Assembly: GCA_963804165.1 (NCBI GenBank)
Contig: CAWDPO010000045.1
Location: 192,001 to 256,000, forward strand
Direction of reading: 5' to 3'
Length of the DNA: 64,000 nt
Origin: an uncultured delta proteobacterium
GTDB taxonomy: Bacteria; Desulfobacterota; Binatia; UBA9968
The notes beneath the pieces were generated by a model. It worked only from the letters and a program-made list of their open reading frames with translations, was not told where the DNA came from and did no database searches. The translations under genes and the position numbers were made by a program. Below, piece by piece: positions 53,646 to 64,000 of this stretch (position 1 is the stretch's first letter; each line of letters begins with the position of its first letter).

Positions 53646-54659
53646 ATGCGATTTTACATCAACATCCTGGCGACCTACTTTCCGGATATCGATCCACCCT
53701 ACAACGTCTACTACGAGCAAATTCTTGAACAGGTGGCGCTTGCTGAAGAGCTGGGCTGGGAATGCTTCATGTTCAACGAGCACCATTTTCTCGGCTACGG
53801 CGGGCCGATAGCTAACCCTGCGGTGCTGCTTGCCGCGGCCGCGGCGCGGACGTCGAAAATTCATCTCGGCCCGTGTATCGCAATCCTGCCGCTACGCCAT
53901 CCGCTTCATAGCGCCGAGGACTACGCCATGGTCGACGCCATCTCCGGTGGACGGTTAGAGTTTGGCATTGGCTCGGGCAACACTGAGATGGACTACAAGG
54001 TGTTCGGCGTCACGAGGGAAGATGACCGCCACCGTCTTCGGGAGGCGATCGATGTCATCCTCAAGACTTGGGGCAACGCGCGGGTCGGCCACAAAGGCGA
54101 GTTCTGGCAATTCGATGAACTGTCACTCTACCCGCGGCCCGTGCAGCAGCCCCATCCGCCGATCTGGGTGGCCGGCACGTCTGCCGAAGGTCTAGGATGG
54201 GCGGGACGCCAAGGCTATCACATCATGACCGTCGGCCATCCGCACCCGCCTGAAAAAGTTCGACCGGGGGTCGAAGCTTGGCGGCAAGGTTTGATCCAAG
54301 CGGGCTACAAGCCCGAAGAAAAACATTGTCAATTTCACGCCCGCACCTACGTCAACACCAACGCCGAGCGCGCTCGTGAGACCGCGTGCGCCGCCATCAC
54401 TCGATATGACGAGATCTCACGGATCGGACGGCGATCCCTTACGGCGCCACCGGCGGAATATAACTGGGACATGATGCTCGCCACCGGCCGCAACAATTAC
54501 GGCACTCCTGACCAGTGCATCAAGAACATTCGTAACGCCATGAACAATTACTACTTCGACACGCTGACGACGACGTTTAATTTCGGCGGCATCCCCCATG
54601 CCGAGATTCTGCAATCCATGCGTCTTTTCGCCAAAGAAGTCATGCCGGCGTTCCGCTAG
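53646..54659 (+). CDS. LLM class flavin-dependent oxidoreductase
   Basis: AEELG.....EHHF; LPLRHPL..AED.A..D..SGGRLEFG.G.G; PRPVQ.PHPPIWVA; MRLFAKEVMP. Confidence 0.92.
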   Translation: MRFYINILATYFPDIDPPYNVYYEQILEQVALAEELGWECFMFNEHHFLGYGGPIANPAVLLAAAAARTSKIHLGPCIAILPLRHPLHSAEDYAMVDAISGGRLEFGIGSGNTEMDYKVFGVTREDDRHRLREAIDVILKTWGNARVGHKGEFWQFDELSLYPRPVQQPHPPIWVAGTSAEGLGWAGRQGYHIMTVGHPHPPEKVRPGVEAWRQGLIQAGYKPEEKHCQFHARTYVNTNAERARETACAAITRYDEISRIGRRSLTAPPAEYNWDMMLATGRNNYGTPDQCIKNIRNAMNNYYFDTLTTTFNFGGIPHAEILQSMRLFAKEVMPAFR

Positions 54660-54749
54660 ACGTTTATTCGCTCGGTTCGAAAAATCCCTTGTCGCCTTCA
54701 AGGTAGCTGCGTATGCCGCTGTCTCGCTAGCTCATTCCCTTCGACCCGG

Positions 54750-55292
54750 TTAAAACGGCAGCCCTCCAAGATTGAATGTCTTTGGCGCGAATTGCATTTC
54801 GGGTTTAGGCAACAACATGGCGCATTCTGGCCAAACTACTTTTCCGGTCGGCTGGTCAATCTCAACTGGACATTCGATGACTTGCCATCGGCGCTTGGTG
54901 TAGAAGCGCACCAATTCAGGTAGGCAAAGTAGAAACCCAATTTGCGCATTCATCTCGTCGACTATGAGTCGTTCGGCTTCGCGCAACGCCATGCTCGAAA
55001 ACCCTTTCCGGTGGTGCTCTGGCGCCGTCATGACTGCACCTAGCCCACCTGCGAGAACGTCCTTGTCGTCAATGCTCACGATGCGTTCGATAATACGCAA
55101 ATGACTCACCAGCTCTTCGCCGCTGTAAACTAGAACACGAAACCGTACGCCTTCCTGGGCCACCCACGTGAACCGAGTTGTTAGCGGATGTAAACCGAAA
55201 AACTGACGAGACCAAGAACGGATTAAGTCACGCTCGCGTTGAGTTAATATTTCCGGCGCTGGAGAAACAACTTTTAGCGAAACATCTTCCAT
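54750..55292 (-). CDS. GNAT family N-acetyltransferase (AAC(2')-like)
   Basis: GLGAVMT.PEHHRKGFS; LLC......FY...W. Confidence 0.8.
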   Translation of the reverse strand: MEDVSLKVVSPAPEILTQRERDLIRSWSRQFFGLHPLTTRFTWVAQEGVRFRVLVYSGEELVSHLRIIERIVSIDDKDVLAGGLGAVMTAPEHHRKGFSSMALREAERLIVDEMNAQIGFLLCLPELVRFYTKRRWQVIECPVEIDQPTGKVVWPECAMLLPKPEMQFAPKTFNLGGLPF

Positions 55293-55321
55293 AACTCGTC
55301 CCCCGCTGGCTTAGGATTCTT

Positions 55322-55470
55322 TCACGTGGACTGCATCGCGTATCGATATCGTGCGCCGTAATATGGCTCGACTTGCTGGTCGCTGTGATGCTTAAATCCG
55401 AACTCTTCGTACAAGGCTCTTACGGTCACGTGGCTCGCCGGGTCGAATTGTAAGAGCCACAAACGATTCC
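55322..55470 (-). pseudogene. Possible C-terminal remnant of a GNAT gene
   Basis: LWL......VRALYEEFGF resembles GNAT motif B; no start of its own. Confidence 0.35.
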
Positions 55471-56222
55471 TACGGAATGGCGCGCAAACGTACTGTGACG
55501 CTCGTTGCGTAGCGCGCAAAGCCCAATTTCGCGGCAATTTTCAAGGAAGGACCGTTGCTTTCGAGCGTTCGGTATTGCGGGACGAGATTTCGATCAAGCA
55601 AAACCTCGGTCAACTTGCTGACCGCAGCGCGGCCGTAGCCGCGTTGCCGGTATTGGGGATGGGTCACAATGGAGATGTGCGCAATTCTCTGACCCCATAG
55701 ATCGTAACCGGCGAGCGTAACGAGCTCTTCTCCGGCGAATATACCGATGCTTGGGTTTCCACCGAGATCGCGTCCTCCATGTTCCCATTCCGCGGGCTCG
55801 CAAGCTGCGCGCAGCAACGACACCGCCGCAGCGTGAGCCTTGTTCAACAAGGTCGTCGTAGGCGCTTCAATCGCGCGAAACATTACACGTTCGGTGTAGC
55901 CGATGAATGCCGGCCCGATGATTCTATCAACTCGGTCTCCGATCAAAGAGCGAAGGCGCGCGCCATCAACAACGTCTGAAGCCGGCCATGTTTGCGCTTC
56001 CAGTGCGAGAAAAGAATATAACTCACGCGGCAGCGAGATGATTGGGGCGGTTCCGACCAATAGAATAAAGATTCCCATGAAGTCGGCGTACTGATCGGGA
56101 TGCGCAACGACGACGGTGCGCTCAGCGCGCAACTGTTCGCGGGAGCAGCCCACGTCGTGGGACCAGAACTCATCTACGGTTCGAAGCGTAGCTTCCCTCA
56201 GGTTGGGGATTTCATGCGTCAT
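55470..56222 (-). CDS. GNAT family N-acetyltransferase
   Basis: ISIVTHPQYRQRGYG; N.PSL..A.KLGF. Confidence 0.85.
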   Translation of the reverse strand: MTHEIPNLREATLRTVDEFWSHDVGCSREQLRAERTVVVAHPDQYADFMGIFILLVGTAPIISLPRELYSFLALEAQTWPASDVVDGARLRSLIGDRVDRIIGPAFIGYTERVMFRAIEAPTTTLLNKAHAAAVSLLRAACEPAEWEHGGRDLGGNPSIGIFAGEELVTLAGYDLWGQRIAHISIVTHPQYRQRGYGRAAVSKLTEVLLDRNLVPQYRTLESNGPSLKIAAKLGFARYATSVTVRLRAIP

Positions 56223-56272
56223 AGACGCTCGGGAACGACAGCTTATAATCACTGAGCGGCACGGCCAGGTTC

Positions 56273-57304
56273 CTACTTCAGGATCTCTTTCATCTTGCTC
56301 ACCAACGTCGGCTCAAGCTTGAACAACTCTCTGACCTGTTTCTCGATCTCAACGCCGTCGATGGGATCGAGATCGAGCTTTGCCTTTTGCGTGTCGGCCA
56401 AAAACTCCGGGTCTTTCATCGTGTCCATAAAGGCTTTGCGCAGAAGGCGCACGCGGTCTTTGGGAGTTCCCGGCGGCAACACGTAAAAGCGATTGAGTAC
56501 GCCGTTGACGCGCGCCGACGTTAGAATCAATTTCTTGGCGTCCTCACTTTTCGCCAAATCGACCGCCCAAGGAACATGGGGCACTTCGGGATGCGGTTTA
56601 AGATTCCCTTGCACCAAGAGTACGACTTCGCCTTTGTCCATCTCAGCGCGCCAAGTCGACTTGAACGACTCCCATGAATTACACGCGCCTTGAACTTCGC
56701 CGGCGTTGAATGCCAGGCGCACCGGAGCCGTGCCTTTGTAGCCGGAAACCAGTTGAAGCGGCAATCCCAGGGTAGCTCTCAACACTTTCGGAATGTCGTC
56801 GGTGCCACCGCCAGGCGCCACGCCGCCGATCTTGATTACCGTGCCGGAGGCCTTCCACTGTTCGATGCTGGTGATGCCTGTGGATTTCGCCACGCCGATC
56901 ATGAAGTTGTCCTGCGCCGGCACGCCGAGAAATTCGAACTTCGGCGCGTCGAATTCGATTCCGGGAAGACCGAGCAACTGCTGAAAAGAAAGTCCGCCGA
57001 TAAAGTTGCCGATCGTGAGGCCGTCCGGCTTGGCGACCTTGTAGACGTAGTTGGCCGCGAGCAAGCTCGCTGCGCCGGGCATGTTGTCGACGACCGTCGT
57101 CGGATTGCCGGGAATATGTTTGCCGATGTGGCGGGCAATCACGCGCGAGTAGGTATCGAACCCGCCCCCCGGCGCCAGCCCGACAATGAGCCTGATGGTT
57201 TTTCCCTTGTAGAAATTTTCCTGCGCAAAAACGGACGCCGACTGGGCGGCGATAATCAAAACGAGGCTGAACGCCAACAACAAGCAACGTGCGCTCCGAG
57301 ACAT
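56273..57304 (-). CDS. Tripartite tricarboxylate transporter substrate-binding protein (Bug/TctC)
   Basis: FYKGKTI..IVG.APGGGFD; PGNP...V.NMPGA; KPDGLT; PPGTP.DR. Confidence 0.9.
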   Translation of the reverse strand: MSRSARCLLLAFSLVLIIAAQSASVFAQENFYKGKTIRLIVGLAPGGGFDTYSRVIARHIGKHIPGNPTTVVDNMPGAASLLAANYVYKVAKPDGLTIGNFIGGLSFQQLLGLPGIEFDAPKFEFLGVPAQDNFMIGVAKSTGITSIEQWKASGTVIKIGGVAPGGGTDDIPKVLRATLGLPLQLVSGYKGTAPVRLAFNAGEVQGACNSWESFKSTWRAEMDKGEVVLLVQGNLKPHPEVPHVPWAVDLAKSEDAKKLILTSARVNGVLNRFYVLPPGTPKDRVRLLRKAFMDTMKDPEFLADTQKAKLDLDPIDGVEIEKQVRELFKLEPTLVSKMKEILK

Positions 57305-57523
57305 GGAGACCTCCTTGGTGGAAAAATGACCGCCCTCTGAGTAGCATCGGACATCGGATGCCCGTGATCTTCCCGACGTGGTCGCGATTAGAGCAATTTT
57401 CATGTGAGCAAACAACTGAAAAGTTTGACCCTCTGACGGTCACCGCAGCAAGTTACCGAGCTGCGACAGAATAGCCTTCGACTGAAACTGCGGCGAAACT
57501 CGATCATCCCGGCCGATGATGAG

Positions 57524-57568
57524 AATAGAAAAATTCTATTTGACTGAAACGCGGAGGTTGCCTAATAT
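57524..57568 (+). promoter_or_regulatory. Operator-like palindrome abutting a sigma70 promoter
   Basis: AATAGAA-AAA-TTCTATT directly before TTGACT-N17-TAATAT; ATG follows the -10 after 9 nt. Confidence 0.55.
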
Positions 57569-57577
57569 GCCGCGCTT

Positions 57578-58468
57578 ATGGATACCCGGATTGGCGGTTT
57601 CGCCACGATTCGAAAACTTTCGAGATTTATCGAGCGACGATCCCCAAAAACACTGGTTGCCTGCGCGATCTTAACGACGGTTCTTTTGGGTATCTTCGAC
57701 TTGCAGACAGGAGCCGAAGTCCATTTCTTACTCCTTTACCTGGTTCCCATTTTCATCGGCAGTTGGTTTGTTTCCCGGGAAGTCGGAGTTTATCTGGCGT
57801 TTTTTGGTTCATTGACTTGGTTCGCTGCGGATTCGCTGAGCGGCCGCTCCTACTCTTCCGTCTGGATCGCGTACTGGAATCTGCTGATGCGCACGAGCGT
57901 GTTCGTCCTGTTCGCGGTCACGCAGGCGCACCTGCGCGCAAAACTGAATGAGCTTTCGAAGCTGGCCAGCCGCGACTTTCTCACCGGACTGCCGAACGGT
58001 CATGCCTTTTACCGCCTGGCGGCCAAAGAAATGGACCGGGCGTTTGGCCTGGAGCCGATGACTTTGGCTTGTATCGATGTCACTGGATTCCATTGGGTCA
58101 ACCATCGTTTTGGCTACCCGATAGGAGATCAGATGGTTTGCAGGATTGCCCATACTATCAAACAGTACGTGCCGCGTCCCGATTTGGTCGGTCGGATGGG
58201 CGGCACCTCGTTCGCCGTATTGTTGCCTAACGTAGCTTCAGATACCGCGAATTTTATTCTCAAAGGGGTTCACCACGCGTTGAATGAAGAGCGGCGGAAG
58301 TTTTCTCACCCGCTAACGTTCTTTATCAGCGCGATTGCCTGTACCAAGGCGCCGCGCACGGTCGCGGAGCTATTGCACGAGGCCGATGCCCAAATGACTC
58401 GCATGAAGGGCGGCAAAAGGGATTCGCTGCAAGTAGCCAAAGTCGATGATCTGCCGATGTTAAACTGA
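57578..58468 (+). CDS. Membrane protein with degenerate GGDEF domain
   Basis: Four TM segments; RDFLTGLPN; GRMGGTSF in place of GGDEF. Confidence 0.8.
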   Translation: MDTRIGGFATIRKLSRFIERRSPKTLVACAILTTVLLGIFDLQTGAEVHFLLLYLVPIFIGSWFVSREVGVYLAFFGSLTWFAADSLSGRSYSSVWIAYWNLLMRTSVFVLFAVTQAHLRAKLNELSKLASRDFLTGLPNGHAFYRLAAKEMDRAFGLEPMTLACIDVTGFHWVNHRFGYPIGDQMVCRIAHTIKQYVPRPDLVGRMGGTSFAVLLPNVASDTANFILKGVHHALNEERRKFSHPLTFFISAIACTKAPRTVAELLHEADAQMTRMKGGKRDSLQVAKVDDLPMLN

Positions 58469-58907
58469 CCGTAGCGGCATTCAATCGGAGAGAAAGTGGC
58501 AGTCGGCGGTCTTGTTCGAAAGAATCATCCTGGACTCGGCAAAGGCGCGAGGCTTTTTCCCTCGTAGCACGACCGCTTGCGAATTATTACCACTCGCTGC
58601 AGCAACGCCATCCTCCGCTAGCCGCAAGATTCTCCAATCGTTTTGATGAGCGCGGTGCCTCGCAGTCTCCCTGCTCGGGCGCGATATGATTCCCTGCGAG
58701 TAACTGAAGCTGCGCCGACCTTCGTTTCTGCATTGCCGTCGGCCAATTCAGGGCTCATGCGTTGAATGCGGCCACCGCGACTTGATCGTAGCCGACGACT
58801 TCTTAGCTGTCGTTGCCCGCCCGCTCTTCGTTTTTGACCATGCGCATGGGATAATTCGCCTATCCGTAAAACGCGCCGTTACGCCGCCGCCGCGCCAAAT
58901 TATCACG

Positions 58908-60219
58908 ATGCAATTTTCATTTTTTGTCGAATCGCCGCTCTGGCGTTCGTTGCACCATCGCAATTATCGGCTTTACCTTATCGGGCAACTGATTTCCGTA
59001 TGCGGTACCTGGATGCAGCAGGTCGCCCAAAGCTGGCTCGTGTATCGCCTCACCGGCTCGGCCACGTTGCTCGGGCTGGTTGGCTTCGCCACGCAGATTC
59101 CCGTGTTCGCACTCGGCGCACTCGGCGGCGTCATCAGTGACCGCTACTCATCGCACCGGGTCGCCGTCTGGACCCAGAGCGCGGCGCTGCTGCAAGCGAT
59201 CGTTCTCTCGGCGCTCACGCTGACGGGTTGGATTCAGCCGCTTCACATCATTCTCCTGGGTGTCATCCTGGGCGTCGTCAACGCCTTCGATATGCCCGCG
59301 CGCCAGGCGCTGGTGCACAAGCTGGTTGCCATTGATGATTTGCCGAATGCCGTGGCGCTTAATTCTTCGATGATCAACGCGGCGAATCATCGGGCCGGGC
59401 CTAGCCGGCATCGTGGTCGCCAAGCTCGGCGAAGGCGCATGCTTCCTGATCAACGCTCTCAGTTATCTGGCGGTCATCGTCGCGCTGTTAGCCATGAAAC
59501 TGCCTCGTCAAACCGCCCAGCCGACCGAACATTTGTCCCTGGCGCATTCGCTGGCCGAAGGGATTCGATACACGTTTGCCACCGCGCCGATACGCGACGT
59601 TCTGCTGCTACTGGGCGTCGTCGGTGTCATGGGAATGCCTTACATCACGCTGATGCCGGTTTTCGCGGCGGACGTGCACAAAAGCGGCGCTGACGCGCTG
59701 GGAGTGATGATGGGCGCGGTCGGCTTGGGCGCGCTGATCGGAGCGCTTTCTCTAGCCCGGCGAAAATCTGTGATCGGCCTCGGCCGTGTCATTGCGATGG
59801 CGACTTTAGGTTTTGGCGTGGCGTTGATTGCCTTTACCTTGTCGAATCTTTTTTGGCTCACGTTGTTGCTACTTACCGCTGTCGGGATGGGTTGGATGGT
59901 GTTGATCGCCGCCAGCAACACGGCGCTGCAAACCCTCGCCGACGACGCCATGCGCGGCCGGGTAATGAGTCTGTTTTCGATGATGCTGGTCGGGATGGCG
60001 CCATTTGGCAGCCTGTTGGCAGGTTGGTTTGCCGATCAGGTCGGCGCGCCGTTGGTCGTCGCCGTGGGTGGCGTGGGTTGTGCGCTGGCGGGTCTCTTTT
60101 TTGCGCGCCAACTGCCGCGTCTACGCGAAGCCGCGCGCTCGATATTGGTGGCGCGCGGCATCATCATCGAACCGACGACCGCGGGCGAAACCGTCGGCGT
60201 TGATCCCGCTTCAAATTAG
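58908..60219 (+). pseudogene. MFS transporter (DUF894/EntS-like), frameshift near 59385
   Basis: SL.HRNYRLY..GQ.IS..GTWMQ; AFDMPARQA; NAVALNS; second half (MRGRVMSL) in another frame. Could be sequencing error. Confidence 0.85.
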
Positions 60220-60305
60220 CTTCGTCTTAATACCGTGCAACCCAATCCTCGCTGCAACCTTCGCGCACGAGCGCGCCGTTGGCGCATTCGTCGCACTCGA
60301 TTCGC

Positions 60306-61301
60306 CTAGCGGTAAAGCGCATCGATGAACCCAGTTTTATCGAGTTCCCGCAAAATGCCGTCGTCGTAAAATCTCTTGGGGTCCTGGCCCTTTGCTTTCG
60401 GATTGACCTGCGCTAGCTCGTTCATCACCGAGCGAAATGCTTCCGCGCTTGGGTAGGGACGTGACTTTAAATATTTGGTCACGGCGAATTCATAAGTTTC
60501 GTCGAGCAACTCGCGATCTTTTGTGCGCAGATATTTTCCCATCACTTCCATCGCGAACGCTTTGTCCTTTTTCACCCGCGCAATCGCTTCCAGATAAGCC
60601 CGCAAAAAGTTCATCGCGATTTCACGGCGCTGTTGCATGAAACTTCGTCGCAACGTGATCCCGTTGGCGGCATAGGGCGTGCCGAGCGATGCGATGTCCA
60701 AGATTTCGCGAAAGCCTTCGCGGCGCGCCTGGACGATCGTCGGATAGGAAAGAATCGCCGCGTGAATGCGACCGCCGCGCAGCGCCGCAACAGCCGAGGA
60801 TACCGCGCCGACCTGCACTAGCGAGACATCTTTGATCGGTTCCAGGCCGTAATGTTGAATCGCGATGCGCGCCGCCGTGTCGATGGAGGTGCCGAAGCGG
60901 CTTATGCCGATCGACTTGCCCTTTAGATCTTCCGGTTTTTGAATGGCGGGGCCGACCACCAGACTCGTCAAAAGGCGGTCATTGATCAGCGCCATGCTGA
61001 GCACGTCGGCGCCGCCAATGGCCGCGCTCGCTGTCGTGCTGCCGGCGATGGCGAGAAACTCGATTTCGCCCGCGATCATCGCAGCCATCCCCTCGGTGCC
61101 GCTCGGAAAAGCAATGAGATCGATATCGAGTCCATACTTTTTGAATAAACCGGAATCGCGTGCCGCCCATAGCGGCGTAATGTTACCCGACAACGACGCG
61201 TATCCGGCTCTGAGCTTGCGGCCCTCCTGCGCCAATGCGTCTGCAGGTCGTAAAACAATCAGACCGAGAAAAAACAGCGCCAACCATCTAGGTGTCGTCA
61301 T
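60306..61301 (-). CDS. ABC substrate-binding protein (NMT1/SsuA-like)
   Basis: GLFKKYGLD; DLKGKSIGISRFG; signal peptide. Confidence 0.88.
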   Translation of the reverse strand: MTTPRWLALFFLGLIVLRPADALAQEGRKLRAGYASLSGNITPLWAARDSGLFKKYGLDIDLIAFPSGTEGMAAMIAGEIEFLAIAGSTTASAAIGGADVLSMALINDRLLTSLVVGPAIQKPEDLKGKSIGISRFGTSIDTAARIAIQHYGLEPIKDVSLVQVGAVSSAVAALRGGRIHAAILSYPTIVQARREGFREILDIASLGTPYAANGITLRRSFMQQRREIAMNFLRAYLEAIARVKKDKAFAMEVMGKYLRTKDRELLDETYEFAVTKYLKSRPYPSAEAFRSVMNELAQVNPKAKGQDPKRFYDDGILRELDKTGFIDALYR

Positions 61302-61311
61302 CACGGAATCC

Positions 61312-62322
61312 TTAGCGATAGAGCGCATCGATGAATCCGCTGCTTTGCAAATCGCGCACGAAGCGGTCGTCAAAAAATCTCTTCGGGTCCTCAGCTTTCG
61401 CTTTGGGATTTCGTGTGGCTAGCTCGTCGAGCACCGGCCTGATGGCTTCAACAGTCGGCATCGGCACTTTCAGCAAATATTTGTTGGCATAGATATCGTA
61501 GGCTTCCGAAAGTTGCTCAGTATCGTTGGTGCGCAAAAATTTGCCCATGACGCTCACGGTAAACGACCGATCTTGCTTCATCCGCGCGATCGCCTCAACT
61601 TGCGCGGTCATGTATTTGCGCACCAACTCCGGTTCCTTGCGAATCACCTCGCCGCGCGTCGCAATCCCGGTGGACGCATAAGGCAGGTTCAAGGCGGCGA
61701 TATCGAGCAGCTCGCGAAAGCCGAGTTTTTTAGCCCGGCCAATCGCCGGATAGGAAAGGATGCCACCCTGCACACGACCCCCGGCCATCGCCGGCACGAT
61801 GGATTCCATGCCGCCGATCTGAATGATCGATACGTCTTTTTCCGGCACCAGGCCGAAGTGGCGCAGCGCGATACGCGCGCCGGTGTCGATCGTGGTGCCG
61901 AAGCGACTTATGCCGATCGACTTGCCGCGTAGTTGTTCAGCTTTTTCAATCTCCGGACGAACCATTAAATTCAATACCAACGTGCCGATCGTCGTGCCGA
62001 TAACGATCACATCGGCGCCACCCACGGCAGCGCTAACGGTGGTCGCGCCGGCGATTTGCAAGAACGTGATTTCACCGGCGATGAGCGCGTTCATGCCTTC
62101 CACGCCGCTTGGCGTAGCGATGACTTCAACTTCCAAGCCGTGTTTCTTAAAGATCCCGGCTTCCCGCGCCAGCCACGGCACCGCCATCGAGCCCGACAGC
62201 GACGTGATCGCAACACGTAGCTTGCGCGGCGGCGACTCCGCGGCGTTGGAGGCCCGCGCCGCGAAAGACAGGAAAACTAGACACCCAATTAGAAATAATA
62301 ATTGCTCAGTGACTCGTTTCAT
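61312..62322 (-). CDS. ABC substrate-binding protein (tandem paralog of 60306)
   Basis: GIFKKHGLE; LRGKSIGISRFGT; NPKAK..DPKRF.DD. Confidence 0.88.
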   Translation of the reverse strand: MKRVTEQLLFLIGCLVFLSFAARASNAAESPPRKLRVAITSLSGSMAVPWLAREAGIFKKHGLEVEVIATPSGVEGMNALIAGEITFLQIAGATTVSAAVGGADVIVIGTTIGTLVLNLMVRPEIEKAEQLRGKSIGISRFGTTIDTGARIALRHFGLVPEKDVSIIQIGGMESIVPAMAGGRVQGGILSYPAIGRAKKLGFRELLDIAALNLPYASTGIATRGEVIRKEPELVRKYMTAQVEAIARMKQDRSFTVSVMGKFLRTNDTEQLSEAYDIYANKYLLKVPMPTVEAIRPVLDELATRNPKAKAEDPKRFFDDRFVRDLQSSGFIDALYR

Positions 62323-62431
62323 CGTTTATCCTTGGCTCCATTCGACGAGCCTCGGCCAAACACACCGGGGGCGCGTTCATGACTTCAACATTGCGGGGCA
62401 AAGATTTTCAAATCCGCGAAAGGAGCTTTCT

Positions 62432-63421
62432 TTATCGTGCCGGATTCAATCCCAGCTCCTGCTGGGCGCGCCGCAGATAACTCATGTCGAGATATTTTTC
62501 CGGCGCCGGATAGGGACGGCTTTTGAACAATCTCTCGCCCATCAAATCGATCAAGCGCTGAAAGCCCTCGCGATTCACCGACCCGTCGCGGCTGATGATG
62601 CCCTGAGAAAGATATTCCTCGACGGTGGCCCGCGTGTATTTAAGCGGTATGCCGGTGCGCTTGCTGACCAGCTCGGCCGCTTGATCCCGGTTAGCGTGTG
62701 CCCACTGCATCGCCCGCACCATCGCTTTGAGGTAACGCACCGTCAGTTGACTGTTCGCTTCGGCCCAGCGGCTGTCGACAATCAAGCTATGAAACTGCAA
62801 GTTCGGGATATAGTCGGACAGTCGCGCGACTTCCAAAAAGCCTAGCTCGCGCGAACGCGGCAGGTCGCCGCCAAGCAGCATCGTCGCGGACGTGCTGCAA
62901 GTCTTCAGGCTGGCAAGGCGTTGTCCGGTAGGTCCGTTTTGAATGATAGTGTAGTCGCGATTGAGTTCTAGGCCTTCGGCTTTGAGCATCTCGCGCAGGA
63001 AAATCGTGCTGCCGGAAACCAGACTGACGACGCCGACCATCGTGCCCTTGAGTTCTTTGATCGATTTGTATTTGGCACAAGTCACCAGCGTGTAGGCCGC
63101 AATCGGCACCGTGCCGCCGATGATTTTGAGCGCCGCGCCCCGCTCCACCGCGTTGATTGCCGCAGACGGATCGACGATCGCCACGTTCACCTGACCGGCG
63201 ATGAGCGCTTGAATCAGCGTATCGGTCGAGCCGATCAGCACGACGTCGCCGTGAATTCCCTCTTGCGTGAAGAACCCTTTGTCCGTGGCTGCATAGTTGG
63301 GCAATTGTTCTACGGTGCGGGACACGTTGCCGATAATCACGCGATCCGCGCCGTAACCGAATGATACAAATAAACCAACCAGCAGAAAAGCCGCGCAGCA
63401 CGTCGACGATTTTGTCTGCAT
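62432..63421 (-). CDS. ABC substrate-binding protein (NMT1/SsuA-like)
   Basis: KGFF.QEG; ELKG..VGV; GL....DY. Confidence 0.85.
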   Translation of the reverse strand: MQTKSSTCCAAFLLVGLFVSFGYGADRVIIGNVSRTVEQLPNYAATDKGFFTQEGIHGDVVLIGSTDTLIQALIAGQVNVAIVDPSAAINAVERGAALKIIGGTVPIAAYTLVTCAKYKSIKELKGTMVGVVSLVSGSTIFLREMLKAEGLELNRDYTIIQNGPTGQRLASLKTCSTSATMLLGGDLPRSRELGFLEVARLSDYIPNLQFHSLIVDSRWAEANSQLTVRYLKAMVRAMQWAHANRDQAAELVSKRTGIPLKYTRATVEEYLSQGIISRDGSVNREGFQRLIDLMGERLFKSRPYPAPEKYLDMSYLRRAQQELGLNPAR

Positions 63422-63436
63422 GTCCGTCCTTTCCCC

Positions 63437-64000
63437 TCACGCTTTCTGATAGTAGTTAGCATAATAGTAGTCCGCAATCTCAGCTCCCGTCGCTTTCCAT
63501 ACCCCATCGTGCGCGCAAATATATTCAAGCGCTTTGTCGAGGTATTTGATGCGGAACGCCAAGCCGATCACAAACGGATGCAGCGGTATCGTCATGACTC
63601 GACCCTGGGCGGCGCCCTCGGCATACAGCGTATCGAATTGGTCGCATACCATCTGGAGCCAATCCTTGGGCGTGTGGCCGCCCTGGAAAATTACCCGGAT
63701 GTCGTTGAGGCCTTGCTGGTACGGAATCGCGACCATGCGACCTGATTTTACGCGCATCGCACAAGGTTGATCGTCGAAGCCCCAATCACAAACGTAATCG
63801 AAACCCTCCGCCGCCAGATGGTCCAACGTGTGCGGACTCTCGTCGCCGCCGCCGGGGCCGAGCCAACCACGCGGCGCTTTGCCGGTCGCCGCCGCGATGG
63901 TTTCGCGTATTTGCCGAACGACCGAACGCTCCTCCTCGGCCGGATATTGAGTCATCCGGATATTATTGGTCACGCCGTGGCCGAGCCACTCCCATTTTCG
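63437..64000 (-). CDS. Polysaccharide deacetylase/PuuE allantoinase-like protein, 5' truncated by the window
   Basis: WEWLGHG; PRGWLGPG; YVCDW..DDQP; FDTLYAEG; LHPFVIG. Confidence 0.85.
   Translation of the reverse strand, partial: RKWEWLGHGVTNNIRMTQYPAEEERSVVRQIRETIAAATGKAPRGWLGPGGGDESPHTLDHLAAEGFDYVCDWGFDDQPCAMRVKSGRMVAIPYQQGLNDIRVIFQGGHTPKDWLQMVCDQFDTLYAEGAAQGRVMTIPLHPFVIGLAFRIKYLDKALEYICAHDGVWKATGAEIADYYYANYYQKA

Noticed and set aside
58470-58780. Possible structured ncRNA (ends GCGGCATTCAA ... TTGAATGCGGC)
   Set aside because: Only a short imperfect terminal pairing; no RNase P, tmRNA, SRP or 6S signature seen. An Rfam scan would be needed.
59375-59400. Programmed frameshift in the MFS gene (and the AlbA gene near 43875)
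   Set aside because: No slippery motif or stimulatory structure seen; consistent with the indel noise elsewhere in the window.

Overview
64-kb bacterial window, about 57% GC by eye. The many orphan NMT1/SsuA-type solute-binding proteins, hydantoinases, amidohydrolases and LLM enzymes suggest a soil Deltaproteobacteria-like lineage such as Binatota (inference only). Contents in order: a nucleoside-deoxyribosyltransferase-like/TPR protein missed by the ORF track; an LVIVD-rhodanese-CopC-CopD/cytochrome c operon; a glycine/betaine-reductase protein-B pair; a RAYT with REP doublets; a Rieske dioxygenase; a CoxSML-like Mo enzyme; a PAS-GGDEF-EAL protein; hydantoinase B-A-B; an intact IS1182 with related MITEs; a decaying type I R-M island carrying Abi_C and AlbA/Schlafen cargo; and an ABC transporter. 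The strongest signals are recoding events. (1) A class III adenylate cyclase has an in-frame UGA at the last Cys of a CxxC...CxxC motif, followed by a SECIS-like hairpin, making it a candidate selenoprotein cyclase. (2) A GrdB-type selenoprotein has UxxS instead of UxxC, and its partner lacks the pyruvoyl Cys. (3) A small SEC-C gene needs +1 shifts to complete its zinc motif. Caveat: several genes carry single-base insertions, clustered at 32.1-33.6 kb, so frameshift claims need read-level checking. No rRNA, tRNA or CRISPR array was recognised.
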